Shown: positions 30,485 through 40,214 of the stretch, in pieces | Position numbering within the stretch: the stretch's first letter is position 1 | Layout: the number at the start of each line of letters is the position of its first letter | Origin: Thermodesulfobacteriota bacterium | Lineage (GTDB): Bacteria > Desulfobacterota > Desulfobacteria > Desulfobacterales > Desulfosudaceae | Assembly (NCBI GenBank): GCA_034189195.1 | Contig: JAXHVI010000227.1 | Coordinates: 104 to 64,103 of the forward strand | DNA: 64,000 bases | Reading direction: 5' to 3' | Notes under the pieces: generated by a model | Told to the model about the DNA's origin: nothing | The model's database searches: none | The model's input: only the letters and a program-made list of their open reading frames with translations | Translations under genes and position numbers: made by a program

Positions 30485-31797
30485 GAGACAGCCTCCTTTT
30501 CGGGTTGGGCGGCTTGGGACGCACCGCGTTTCGCCGCCAGGTATGACTCCAGCAGATCCAGCAGATGACCGGGATCCTGGCAACGAATGCACCCGTGACC
30601 GGCTTGCCCTTCCTCCGGAGCGCCGGTCCCGTTGCCGCGCAGACTGAACACGGCCCGGCCGGCACCCACGGCGTTTTGCACCAGGGTCAGGTTGGCCTGG
30701 TTCATGGGTCCCACCTCGAATCCGCAGTCGATCACCACATCACAGCCCGCCGATAGATGGTCGGCGGCGGCAAGGTTGTGATGGTCTATGGCCTGCATGG
30801 AGGTCTGGACGGCGCACTCCGCTCCCAGGGCGCGGGCCACGAAGCAGTCCAGGTCGTTGGTATGGAGCACGCCGGTGGCGATGGCGAAACCGCGCCTGGC
30901 CAGCAGGCGGTAGATTTGGGCGCCGCTGCCCATGCCGGCCACCACGAAGGCCCGACCGCGGCTGCCGTCGCCGCGCATTTCAATGCCGCCCAAGTGGCGG
31001 CTGAAGGCGGCGCCGTCGAAATCATACAGCGCCGCCACACTGCCGCCGGTGAGGATCTGTTCGGGCGCGCCCCAGGCCGACAGGCCGCCGTCCTTGATCA
31101 GGGCCACCCGATCGGAGACCTTGGCGGCCACGTCCACGTCATGCAGGGAGGCCAGCACGGTGATTTTCCGTCTGCGGCAAAGGTCGCGCAGGATGGCCAT
31201 CACCTCCAGGCGGTGCTTTAAATCCAGGTGCAGGGTGGGCTCGTCCAGGAGCAGCAGTTGCGGCTGTTGGGCCAGGGCACGGGCCACCAGGGCCTTCTGG
31301 CGCTCGCCGTCGCTCAGATCTGTGAAAATTCGCCGGGCCAATCCTTCGGCACGCACCGCGATAAGTGCGGATTGCACAGCCGCGTGATCGTCATGTCCCA
31401 GCCGTCCCAGAAAATCGGTGTGCGGATACCGGCCCAGGGCCACGAATTCGTAGACCGAGAAAAGCGGCGGCGCCACCTTGTCGGTGAGCACCACCGCCAT
31501 GAACCGGGCCAGCTCCGCGGCGCTCATGGCGGCCAGGGGTCGCCCCTGGATCCGGATGTCGCCGGACAGCGGGGCAAGATGGCGCGACAGGGTACGCAGC
31601 AGGGTGGTCTTGCCCGCGCCGTTGGGCCCCAGGAGGGTGACGAAATGCCCCGCCTCCAGGCTCAGATCCACCCCGCTGAGCACCGGCTTGTCTTTGTAGC
31701 CGACGGTCAGGTTCCGGCAGGTGAGGACGAATGATCGGTGATCAGCGCCGAGTGATCGGTCTTCCGTCTCCGTTGGTTGCTTTATGTGTTTTTTCAT
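30481..31797 (-). CDS. Cobalamin/iron-chelate ABC importer ATP-binding protein with C-terminal extension
   Basis: Probable start MKKHIKQ (the 806-aa track ORF is over-extended); GPNGAGKTT, LSDGERQK, LLDEPTLHLD, SLHD. Confidence 0.85.
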   Translation of the reverse strand: MKKHIKQPTETEDRSLGADHRSFVLTCRNLTVGYKDKPVLSGVDLSLEAGHFVTLLGPNGAGKTTLLRTLSRHLAPLSGDIRIQGRPLAAMSAAELARFMAVVLTDKVAPPLFSVYEFVALGRYPHTDFLGRLGHDDHAAVQSALIAVRAEGLARRIFTDLSDGERQKALVARALAQQPQLLLLDEPTLHLDLKHRLEVMAILRDLCRRRKITVLASLHDVDVAAKVSDRVALIKDGGLSAWGAPEQILTGGSVAALYDFDGAAFSRHLGGIEMRGDGSRGRAFVVAGMGSGAQIYRLLARRGFAIATGVLHTNDLDCFVARALGAECAVQTSMQAIDHHNLAAADHLSAGCDVVIDCGFEVGPMNQANLTLVQNAVGAGRAVFSLRGNGTGAPEEGQAGHGCIRCQDPGHLLDLLESYLAAKRGASQAAQPEKEAVS

Positions 31798-31823
31798 GTC
31801 GGGTTTCCCTTCATTATTCAATC

Positions 31824-32873
31824 TCACATCTCCACCCGGCGCTTGAGCAGCAGGCCGATGACGATGGGCGCCCCAAAAAAGGCGGTGATGGCCGAAAGCG
31901 GCAGTTCCACCGGCGAGAGCAGCATGCGGGCGATCAGGTCGCACAGGCTGGTGACCAGCGCGCCAACCAGGCAGGCCCCGGGAATGAGGATGCGGTTGTC
32001 CGAGGTTTGAAAGATCAGGCGCGCCATGTGGGGCACGGCCAGCCCGATGAAGGCCACGGGACCTGCCACCGATGTGATCATGCCGGCCAGGGCGCAGGCG
32101 CATAAAAGAATGAGGACCCGGAAGCGGCGAATGTTGACCCCCATGGAAGCGGCATAGGTCTCTCCCAGCAAAAAAGCGTTGAGCGGCTTGCTCAGCAGGT
32201 AGATCACCGCCAGGATCAGGCCGCCGCAGACCAGCAGCACCCCGATTTCGCTCCATTTGAACCCTGAGAAGCTGCCCAGCTGCCAGAGAACGAAGCCCTT
32301 GATTTTCTCCTTTTCCGCCAGGGCCGTGAGCACGGCGGTAACCGCGCCGCACAGGTACCCCATCATCAGGCCCACGATCAAAAGGGTGATGCCGCTTTTC
32401 ACCCGCGAGGCCACGGCCACCACGATCATCATCACGCCGTAGGCACCGGCAAAGGCCGCCACCGTGGTCATGAAGGGCGACAGCACGGTCATGCCCACGG
32501 TCAGGGTGGTGAGCATGACCAGCGAGACCATCACCGTGGCCCCCGAGGAGATGCCCAGGATGAAGGGGCCGACAATGGGGTTGCGGAAGTAGACCTGGAG
32601 CAGCAGGCCTGAAACCGCCAGGTAGGCGCCGCCCAATACCGTGGCGATGGCCCGGGGAATGCGGATCTTCCAGATGATGTCGCCCGTGATGGCGGCGGTG
32701 TCCGGGTGGAGCACGGCCTGCCAGATTTGGGACGGTGAAAAGTGAACCGAGCCGATGCCGATGTTGACCAGGGTCAGGGCCAGGGTCAACCCGGCCAGGG
32801 CAAGAAAAGCGGTGGCCGGCCGGCGCAGGGCCACGGGCGTGGTCATGGCGATGGTCAGCGACGGGCCGGTCAT
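31824..32873 (-). CDS. FecCD/BtuC-family ABC permease
   Basis: IRIPRA, FRNPIVGPFILGISSGA, LGETYAASMGV, GPVAFIGLAVPH. Confidence 0.9.
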   Translation of the reverse strand: MTGPSLTIAMTTPVALRRPATAFLALAGLTLALTLVNIGIGSVHFSPSQIWQAVLHPDTAAITGDIIWKIRIPRAIATVLGGAYLAVSGLLLQVYFRNPIVGPFILGISSGATVMVSLVMLTTLTVGMTVLSPFMTTVAAFAGAYGVMMIVVAVASRVKSGITLLIVGLMMGYLCGAVTAVLTALAEKEKIKGFVLWQLGSFSGFKWSEIGVLLVCGGLILAVIYLLSKPLNAFLLGETYAASMGVNIRRFRVLILLCACALAGMITSVAGPVAFIGLAVPHMARLIFQTSDNRILIPGACLVGALVTSLCDLIARMLLSPVELPLSAITAFFGAPIVIGLLLKRRVEM

Positions 32874-33997
32874 AATGCGCCTCCTGTGGGTGCGGGGTCA
32901 TTGTCGGGCAACTCCATGAAGTAGCGGTACTGATAACCGGGATAGCATTCGGGGTGCAGAATGGCCGCGATCTCGGTGAGAATTTCGTCCAGCCGGTCGC
33001 CCGACTGGCTGTAATGCGGCATGGGGGCGTAGACCTTGCCCTGCGTCAGCGGCCGAATTGATGCGAACAGCGGATTCATGCGCGCCAGGGCCGCCTTGGA
33101 GGTGGCGCCGCTCTCCTTGTCGCGGTAGGTGAAAAGGATATCGGCCTCCTCGCCGCTGTAAAGAAAACGCTCCACCGAGATCTCGATGCACGAGGTGCCG
33201 AAGACATCCTCGAAGAGATAATCGCTTTCCACCAGATCCACCAGCTCGCCCACCCAGGCGTTGCCCGGCTCCACCAGGACGCGCTTTTCGTAGATATCGC
33301 CCCACATCACCTTGGGCGTCGGGCCGGCTCCGGCGGTGCGCTCGCGGATAGCGATCAGGGCGTTGTTGACCCGCTGAAAAAATGCGTCGGCCTCGTTTTC
33401 TTTTCCGAAAAAGGGCGCTAAAAATTGCACGAAGCGCATGCGCGCGTTGAGGCACATGGCCGTGGGGGTGGAGGTGACGGCGCAGGGGATGCCAAGGGTG
33501 TCGAGCATGGGAATGATGGCCGGGTCCCAGGTGAGCACCAGCTCCGGTTGTTGCTGTTTAAGGCGCTCGAAATCGATGCCGCTGCTATCGCCCAGATAGG
33601 CGATCCTGCCTGCTGCCATGCCCTGGCGAACCTCCTGGATGTACCAGCCTTCGGCCGGATGGGTCACCCCCACCAGTACGCTTTCCAGAACCCCCAGCGC
33701 CCGCATGGTGGCCACGTCGAAAAAGCCGTAGGCCGCCACGCGCTCGACCGGTGTGCGCACCAGGCGGTTGGGGTCCACATCCTTGGGCGCCGGGGCATGG
33801 CGCGGCACCAGTACCAGGGTGCGCCCGGCGCCGTCGCGCACCTCGGTGCGCGCCCCGGAAATCCGGTTGACCGTGAATTCTCCGATCTGGATAAACGATC
33901 GGCGTTCATTGTCGCCGGAATTCGTGCAACCGCTGAACAGCAGTAACGCCGGCACAATTACCAGCGCCGTTTTTTTCCAGTTTATCGCATTGAGCAT
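32870..33997 (-). CDS. ABC substrate-binding lipoprotein (BtuF/iron-chelate class)
   Basis: Lipobox LFSGC; VRDGAGR, PVERV, DFERL..QPELVL, AAILHPE. Confidence 0.82.
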   Translation of the reverse strand: MLNAINWKKTALVIVPALLLFSGCTNSGDNERRSFIQIGEFTVNRISGARTEVRDGAGRTLVLVPRHAPAPKDVDPNRLVRTPVERVAAYGFFDVATMRALGVLESVLVGVTHPAEGWYIQEVRQGMAAGRIAYLGDSSGIDFERLKQQQPELVLTWDPAIIPMLDTLGIPCAVTSTPTAMCLNARMRFVQFLAPFFGKENEADAFFQRVNNALIAIRERTAGAGPTPKVMWGDIYEKRVLVEPGNAWVGELVDLVESDYLFEDVFGTSCIEISVERFLYSGEEADILFTYRDKESGATSKAALARMNPLFASIRPLTQGKVYAPMPHYSQSGDRLDEILTEIAAILHPECYPGYQYRYFMELPDNDPAPTGGAL

Positions 33998-34042
33998 TGT
34001 CTTCCCCTTGAATTCTTTTCCCTTGCCGGGTATCGCTGTGCG

Positions 34043-34876
34043 CTACCCGACCTGTGATTTTTTCCTGATAAACACCCACTCCACCAGATAGACCCCCAGC
34101 CCGAAAGTGAAAACCACGATCCCGGCCAGGTACAACCGCACGCCGGGGTCCTTGCGGATGCTCACGTCAATGCGCGGTCGCCGTCCCATGCCGCCGCTTC
34201 GGGTCTGGGGGGCAAACTCTTTGAGAAAAATGCCGTAACCATTGACCCACACCGGCCGGTTCAGAGACAAAACCCTTTCATCCGTCTGCCCTGCCCTGGT
34301 GACCGTCAGCCGCGCCCTGGGCTCAAGCACGCGGTTCTTGAACGCCGGCAGTCGTTCGCCCGGGTAATACACGGGATCGAACGCGATAAAGGCAACCTGA
34401 ACCGCCGTAGCGGGCAGGCTCATGGACCCGCCGGGCACCAGGGTACGCGTGTCCAACACCCGGGCAAACAGGTAGCTGCCCAGGTACCCGGCCAGAATCA
34501 GGATCAGGGCATAGTGCATCAGGTGGGGGGCCAGCTTGAAAAACAGCCGGCGTGCGCCCATCTGCGTCCGCCGGCCCAGCAGGCCCCCCACCCGGTCGGT
34601 GGTGCAGACAAATGTGTTGAGGCCGAAGACGGCCAGCAGTCCCAGCAGGATGAAAAACCACGCCGTGTGCATCAAATTGTGGCGGCCGTAAGTAGCGCTC
34701 CAGACCACAAGACCCACTTCATTCAACGGCGCGAACAGCGGGCCGCGGTCTTTCAGGCAAAAATAGCCCCAGGCCAGGTCGGCCGTCAGCAGCAGGCACA
34801 AGACCACGGTCAGACGGACACTGCCCGCCTTGCGCCAGAGGGTTCGAAACATCCATTTCAGGGTTAAAACGGCCAT
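34043..34876 (-). CDS. ResB/CcsB-like membrane protein
   Basis: Probable start MAVLTLKW; WFFILLGLLAVFGLNTFVCT, PHLMHYALILILAG, LSLNRPV, RKDPG plus C-terminal TM; directly downstream of the ccsA-like gene. Confidence 0.65.
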   Translation of the reverse strand: MAVLTLKWMFRTLWRKAGSVRLTVVLCLLLTADLAWGYFCLKDRGPLFAPLNEVGLVVWSATYGRHNLMHTAWFFILLGLLAVFGLNTFVCTTDRVGGLLGRRTQMGARRLFFKLAPHLMHYALILILAGYLGSYLFARVLDTRTLVPGGSMSLPATAVQVAFIAFDPVYYPGERLPAFKNRVLEPRARLTVTRAGQTDERVLSLNRPVWVNGYGIFLKEFAPQTRSGGMGRRPRIDVSIRKDPGVRLYLAGIVVFTFGLGVYLVEWVFIRKKSQVG

Positions 34877-35631
34877 CGAAAGGGTCCCCATTCCGGCAGG
34901 CAGTTCAGACCGAAAACCACCACGGCGCCAAGCGCGGCCCATACGGTCCGGCCGCGGGCGCTCCAGGTGCCGGTTAACTGCAGATGCAGCAAACAAACAT
35001 AATAAAACCAAGTGGCCGTGACGGTGGTGATGGCCGGATCGTCCCACACCACCGGTGTGCCCCAACCCAGGTAAGACCAGAGCTCGCCGGCGAATATGGA
35101 AAAAGTCCAGAAGGCAAAGCCCCACACGGCCCAGCGGAAATAGCGGTGATCGGTGATCGGTGACCCATGGTCGGCGCCCGGAGGGGTTGGAAGCAAACTG
35201 CTCAGCGCCCAGGCGGCGGAGACCAGGAAGCAGGCCCGGCCCGCAACGCCAAATAGAAGGAAGAGGTGTGCCCATACGCACTGGGACTTGAGAAACGGCA
35301 GGTAAAAATCCCTGGGGAACAACACCGCCATCAAAGCGGTGATCAGCGCCAGGGATAGAATGATGCGCCGGACTCTGCCGCTTGGGTCCTGTCTTCCGGC
35401 GACAAAGGCCATGATGCCGAGCAGCAACGGCAGCGCCGCTGGTGTAAGGTGCATCGGCAGCATGGGCCGGGCCAGATGGTAGCGCAAGCCCACGGCGGCG
35501 GCGTTGGCCGCAAGGGCGGGCAGCAGCAAAAGAACGTACCAGCGCCGCCGCGGAAAACCCACCGCCGCGATGCAACCGAAACCATAGAAACCCAGAGCGA
35601 TTTTCAACATGAAGTGGCTCGTGCTCAGCAT
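34864..35631 (-). CDS. CcsA/ResC-like cytochrome c assembly family protein with a degenerate WWD motif
   Basis: Polytopic; WAH, GFAFWTFSIFAGELWSYLGWGTPVVWDD, TWFYYVCLLH. Confidence 0.78.
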   Translation of the reverse strand: MLSTSHFMLKIALGFYGFGCIAAVGFPRRRWYVLLLLPALAANAAAVGLRYHLARPMLPMHLTPAALPLLLGIMAFVAGRQDPSGRVRRIILSLALITALMAVLFPRDFYLPFLKSQCVWAHLFLLFGVAGRACFLVSAAWALSSLLPTPPGADHGSPITDHRYFRWAVWGFAFWTFSIFAGELWSYLGWGTPVVWDDPAITTVTATWFYYVCLLHLQLTGTWSARGRTVWAALGAVVVFGLNCLPEWGPFRWPF

Positions 35632-35638
35632 CGTTTTT

Positions 35639-36967
35639 TCACCGATCCACCGGCTCGATTTGCCGCAGGGCTGTCAGGGCCGTCTTTTTTTCATCGTTGT
35701 ACCCGGCGGCGCGCGCAAAGTCCGCTTTGCCGGCAGTGATATCGCCCATTTGCCAGGCGCAATACCCGGCCATCAGCCAGGCGCGCCCGGCATGCGGTCC
35801 ATCGCTTTTGGCCGCGCGCCTGAATGCGGCAGCGGCCTGCTCGAACTTCTTCAGGGCGTATAGCAGTTCCGCTTTGAGCATCAGAAGCTCGCCGTCGTCC
35901 GGCTGGAGGCCGAAATCGTCCAGGCGCTCCAGCGCCGTGTCGTTGCGGCCAAGCTGCCGGTAGGCGATGACCAACCTTCGCAAAAACTCCTTGTCCGGTT
36001 TCTCCTTGAGGCAGATTTCATAGACCGGCGCGGCCTTGACCGGAATCCCCGCCTGGAGGCTCAAATCGGCCAACAGCTTTTTCTCTTCCAGCGACAAGGG
36101 GGTCAGGAAAGCGTAAATCGTCAAGGCCGCCAGGGCGTCATCGTTGCGGCCGGCATCGAGTTGGATGTGGGCCAGCGCCTTCCACCACCTGGCCGTCGTG
36201 GGGGACTGCTCGGTCAGGGTTCGGGCCAGCGCCAGGGCCTCGGTGTTCATCTTCATCTGGAGGTATTGATAGAGCAGAATTTCCTGCCATTGAATCTGCT
36301 TCTCGCCGGTATATACAACGGCCAGCTCGCGAATATGCGGCAGCGCGCGGCGCGGCTGATCCGCCGCCAGCAGGGCGTGCACCAGATATTCTTTCCATTG
36401 CGGTTTGACGTCCTCAGGATGGGCGCTGAGCAATCGCTCGAAAACGGCGATGGACCGCATGTGGTTGCCGGCCATGAGATACGCGGCGGCGCTGAGATAG
36501 AGATGCTCGGGGTTTTTCTCCTCGGCCGAGGCATACCCCTGCCCGAAACAACGACCCGCCTCGGTGTAGTCCTTCATCTCGTAACAGGCCTTGGCCAGGT
36601 TCAGCCAGGCATAGGTGTGGCCCGGGTCCCGGGCCACGGCCTGGCGATAGGCGGTTGCAGCCGGCTCAAACTGCTCCTGGAGCAGATAGCAGTTGCCCAG
36701 GGCATAATAGATTTCCGGGTGATGGTACCCCTTGGGGTCGGCGGCACCGGTCGCGGGTGCCGGCCCGCCCCGGGCCTGAAAGGCCAGCAGCCGCTCCACG
36801 GCGCGCGGGTAGTCCTTGCCCTGTAGCAGCGGATGGATTTGATTCAATACCACACGCACCGGAAGCGGCAGGTCCCGGGGCCCCTGGCCGGCAACCCCGG
36901 GTGCTGCATACACCATGAGCAATAAGAGCAAAACGGGCAAAGGCTTGTATGGTTTCAGGGAAGTCAT
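35639..36967 (-). CDS. Exported TPR protein (TtpD-like) of the TonB cluster
   Basis: Signal peptide, multiple TPR repeats, directly after tonB. Confidence 0.8.
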   Translation of the reverse strand: MTSLKPYKPLPVLLLLLMVYAAPGVAGQGPRDLPLPVRVVLNQIHPLLQGKDYPRAVERLLAFQARGGPAPATGAADPKGYHHPEIYYALGNCYLLQEQFEPAATAYRQAVARDPGHTYAWLNLAKACYEMKDYTEAGRCFGQGYASAEEKNPEHLYLSAAAYLMAGNHMRSIAVFERLLSAHPEDVKPQWKEYLVHALLAADQPRRALPHIRELAVVYTGEKQIQWQEILLYQYLQMKMNTEALALARTLTEQSPTTARWWKALAHIQLDAGRNDDALAALTIYAFLTPLSLEEKKLLADLSLQAGIPVKAAPVYEICLKEKPDKEFLRRLVIAYRQLGRNDTALERLDDFGLQPDDGELLMLKAELLYALKKFEQAAAAFRRAAKSDGPHAGRAWLMAGYCAWQMGDITAGKADFARAAGYNDEKKTALTALRQIEPVDR

Positions 36968-36978
36968 CGTTTTATTTC

Positions 36979-37677
36979 CTACTTCAATTCAAATCGTACG
37001 GTCGTTTCCACTTTGGCGCGCACCGGCACGCCTTCCACCGTGCCGGGCGCAAACCGCCAGCCTGCCACGCAGCGGCGCACGCTTTCTTCAAACACGCCCG
37101 CAGGTTCGGCCGCGACGACCTCGATGCCGTCCACATGGCCGGTTTCATCGACAACCAGCAGGACCTTGACCCATCCTTCGATGCCACGGCGGCGCGCGTT
37201 CAGGGGATAGAGCGGCGGCACGCGGGCCATCACCGTCAGCGGGCCGTCCAACTGGCCGGGTTCAAAGGCGCCCGGCAGGCCGACGGAAAGCATCAGCGGG
37301 GCGCTTTCCAGGGCGGGCAAGGCCAGGGTGTCCGGGCCCGCAGGAAGCCGGGGATTGACTTCAAACGGCAGCGTGAGCTTGGCCATGACCGGCTGCCGGG
37401 GCGCCGTTCGGGGTTTTTCGATGGGTTTTGGTTCCGGCGGCGGTTTTACGGTCTGGCGTTTGACCGGCGTTTCCGGCCGGCTCACCCGGATCACGTTGAC
37501 CTGGGGAATCAGGGTCTCGATGGAGGTCCGGGAAGGCGCCGGGTCCATCAGGTGTGGCATCAGCAGGAACAGCAGCAGATTCGCGCCGCCCGCGGTGAGC
37601 CACGCCCAGAGCCACATACGCCAATTGCGCCGTGAGAAGGTATCAAAATAAGTCTGGTTTGCGACAGTTGAAACCAT
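36979..37677 (-). CDS. tonB: Energy transducer TonB
   Basis: N-terminal TM, Pro-rich linker, PLYPLNARRRGIEGWVKV...WRFAPG. Confidence 0.9.
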   Translation of the reverse strand: MVSTVANQTYFDTFSRRNWRMWLWAWLTAGGANLLLFLLMPHLMDPAPSRTSIETLIPQVNVIRVSRPETPVKRQTVKPPPEPKPIEKPRTAPRQPVMAKLTLPFEVNPRLPAGPDTLALPALESAPLMLSVGLPGAFEPGQLDGPLTVMARVPPLYPLNARRRGIEGWVKVLLVVDETGHVDGIEVVAAEPAGVFEESVRRCVAGWRFAPGTVEGVPVRAKVETTVRFELK

Positions 37678-37713
37678 GACCGATTCCTGGTGATCAATTT
37701 TTTTGTTTTGGGG

Positions 37714-38136
37714 TCACCGCCCCTGTTCCGGCAAGCCGGCCGCCAGGGATACGTTGCCGGCCCCCGCCAGCCGGCAGCCGTCCATGACCTGGATGGCAAC
37801 ACCGGTGTTGCTCTGCTTGTCGGCCACCACTACCACGGCCCCTTCCGGGTTTTCGGCCAGGGCGCGCTCGACGTTTGCGCGCACGGCGCGCAGGTCGATC
37901 TCGCGGTGGTCCATGAAAATGCGGTTGGCCTGATCCACCGCGATCAAAATCGTGGCATTGGGCTTCACCGCCGCGGTGGCAGCGGTGGGGCGGCTGACAT
38001 CGATGCCTGTCTCCTTCACGAAACTGGTGGTGACCAGGAAGAAGATCAGCAGAATGAACACCATATCGATGAGCGGCGCCATGTTCAATTCCGCGGCGGT
38101 CCGGTTTTTGCGGCGGGCGGCGCTGATGTTCAACAT
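37714..38136 (-). CDS. exbD: Biopolymer transporter ExbD
   Basis: LNMAPLIDMVFILLIFFLVTTSF. Confidence 0.93.
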   Translation of the reverse strand: MLNISAARRKNRTAAELNMAPLIDMVFILLIFFLVTTSFVKETGIDVSRPTAATAAVKPNATILIAVDQANRIFMDHREIDLRAVRANVERALAENPEGAVVVVADKQSNTGVAIQVMDGCRLAGAGNVSLAAGLPEQGR

Positions 38137-38139
38137 TGG

Positions 38140-38778
38140 TTATCCTTTCTCTTGGCCATGAAACTGTCCAAGATGCCGTCTCAGGTAATATCCCGCCCGG
38201 GCGACGCGCTGCTTGAGGTTGCGCGCCCGGCGCTCCAGAAAGCCTTTCATGTACAACCCCGGAATCGCCACCAGCAGCCCGGTCTGGGTGGTGATCAGGG
38301 CTTCGGAGATACCACCGGCCATGCCCCTGGCATTACCCGTGCCGAAAACCGCCAGGATGTCGAAGGTGCCGATCATGCCGATGACCGTGCCCAGCAAGCC
38401 CAGCAGCGGGGCCACGGCGGCCAGCACGCCGATGACGGCCAGATGGGCATCCAGGGAGTGGTTGAGCCCTAATACAGTCTCGTCCAGAATGAACCGGTCC
38501 AGTTGGGGATCGTCGCTGCGGCGCTGCTGGAACCGGGCGACCAGCAGCGAAGTGATGCCCCGGTATTTCGCGGGATCGGGCATGCGCCGGCCGCGGATGT
38601 GCTCCCGCGCGGTTCCCAGGTCCATGTTCTTGCGGTACATGGCCCTGAAAAACAGGACCCGGTCCACGATCAGCACCCACATCAGCAGACTGACCAGGAC
38701 CAGGGGGACCATGACCACACCTCCGGCGCGCAAGTAGTCTTCCAGACGCAGATATTGAGCGGTCAGCGCCTCGATCAC
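38140..38778 (-). CDS. exbB: MotA/TolQ/ExbB proton channel protein
   Basis: APLLGLLGTVIGMI, GGISEALITTQTGLLVAIP. Confidence 0.9.
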   Translation of the reverse strand: MIEALTAQYLRLEDYLRAGGVVMVPLVLVSLLMWVLIVDRVLFFRAMYRKNMDLGTAREHIRGRRMPDPAKYRGITSLLVARFQQRRSDDPQLDRFILDETVLGLNHSLDAHLAVIGVLAAVAPLLGLLGTVIGMIGTFDILAVFGTGNARGMAGGISEALITTQTGLLVAIPGLYMKGFLERRARNLKQRVARAGYYLRRHLGQFHGQEKG

Positions 38779-40214
38779 GACGATCTCCGGTTTTTATGAA
38801 TGATATTGACCAGGGCCACGGCCTTTTCCTCCATTTCGCCGATACGGTTGTCCACGGTGCGATTGAGCAGGGTCTGGGCCAGCATCAGCGGAATGGCGAC
38901 CGAAAGACCCAGCATGGTGGTGACCAGGGCCTCGGAAATGCCGCCGGACATCAGGCGCGGATCCCCGGTGCCGTGCAGGGTGATGACGTGAAACGTATTG
39001 ATCATGCCCGTGACCGTACCCAGAAGACCCAACAGGGGCGCAATGGTAGCCAGCATCCCGAGGGTAGACAAATACCGTTCCATGGGCGGAATTTCTTTTA
39101 GAATGCCCTCCTGCAGGGCGTTTTCCATCTCCTCGCGCTGCATGTCGCGGCACAGCATGCCGGCCTTCAGCACCCTGGCCACCGGTATGCGGGCGTGCCG
39201 CTCGCAGGCCTGTTGACAGGCCTGCCAGTTATTGTCCGCGCCAAGGGTATCGATGGTGTTCATCAGGGAGCCGGCGTCGAAGCGTTGGCGCGCCAGGAAC
39301 AGGATGCGCTCGGCGACGATCACAAGACCCACCGCCAGAATCAGCAGGATGGGCCAGACAATGGGGCCTCCTTTGGGGACCTGCTCCCAGAGGCGCAGAT
39401 CATGGGTCAGCTGGCGCAGTGCCCCTCCGCGGGAAATATCCAGGGGAACGGCATCACTTTGGCCGTCCATGTAGCGCATGATCTGCTTTTGCAGCCGTCC
39501 GGACGGCAGGCGGGAAAGCGCGTAAAGTCTGCCGCCTGCCTGGGAGTAGCTGCAAAAACCGGTCTCGCCGTTGGCCCGGTAGGCGGCGGTGAACGGACCG
39601 ATCAGCAGGATGTCGGCCTCTGTTTCCCGGCCGCCGCGGTCGGTCATGCCTGCCTTGCCGAGGGTCACTTCCCCGGAAGCCTTGATCTGGTCGAGCCAGG
39701 CGTCGGCCATGGCGCGCACATCGTCCATGCCCGGAAAGCGGGCTTCGAGGGCGATGGGCTCAAGAAACGAACCAGGACGCCCGACAACGGCGGTTTGCAG
39801 GTTCTGGCTGATCAGCGCATCCAGGTCCTTGGCGTTCACACGGATCGCGCCCACCAGTTCATTGATCATGCTGTCCGTTTGGGCCAATTTTTCGGTAAGT
39901 TCGGTCTCTTTGAGATCCAGGCGTTCATATTCGCCGCTCAACCCATCTATTTCTTTCTCTAAGGCCTGGTTGGCGGCTTCCAGATCAGCGACCGCCTTTT
40001 CAAGGGCGGTGCGGTCCGCCAGGATGCGCGCCCGGGTTTCGGCGGCGGCGCGGTCGGCGGCCGCCTTTTCGGCCGCCGCCTTCCGGATCAGATTCTCCCT
40101 GGCCTGGCGCGTTTCGATTTGCATTTCGCGCATGTCTTCGGCCCGCAGCGGAAGCAATGATAAAACGAACGCCAGCACAACAGGCAGGATCAGTTTGGTG
40201 ACGTTGGCTTTCAT
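38775..40214 (-). CDS. Long ExbB-family protein with periplasmic coiled coil (TtpC-like)
   Basis: Signal peptide, coiled coil, PLDISRG, C-terminal APLLGLLGTVTGMI...GGISEALVTT. Confidence 0.85.
   Translation of the reverse strand: MKANVTKLILPVVLAFVLSLLPLRAEDMREMQIETRQARENLIRKAAAEKAAADRAAAETRARILADRTALEKAVADLEAANQALEKEIDGLSGEYERLDLKETELTEKLAQTDSMINELVGAIRVNAKDLDALISQNLQTAVVGRPGSFLEPIALEARFPGMDDVRAMADAWLDQIKASGEVTLGKAGMTDRGGRETEADILLIGPFTAAYRANGETGFCSYSQAGGRLYALSRLPSGRLQKQIMRYMDGQSDAVPLDISRGGALRQLTHDLRLWEQVPKGGPIVWPILLILAVGLVIVAERILFLARQRFDAGSLMNTIDTLGADNNWQACQQACERHARIPVARVLKAGMLCRDMQREEMENALQEGILKEIPPMERYLSTLGMLATIAPLLGLLGTVTGMINTFHVITLHGTGDPRLMSGGISEALVTTMLGLSVAIPLMLAQTLLNRTVDNRIGEMEEKAVALVNIIHKNRRSS

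Noticed and set aside
31798-32901. N-terminal half of the 806-aa ORF, suggesting a large ABC fusion
   Set aside because: It is an off-frame shadow of the permease at 31824-32873; ATPase similarity begins only after Met at 31797.
34877-35575. N-terminal half of the 510-aa ORF
   Set aside because: Off-frame overlap with the ccsA-like gene; the ResB-like part starts near 34876.
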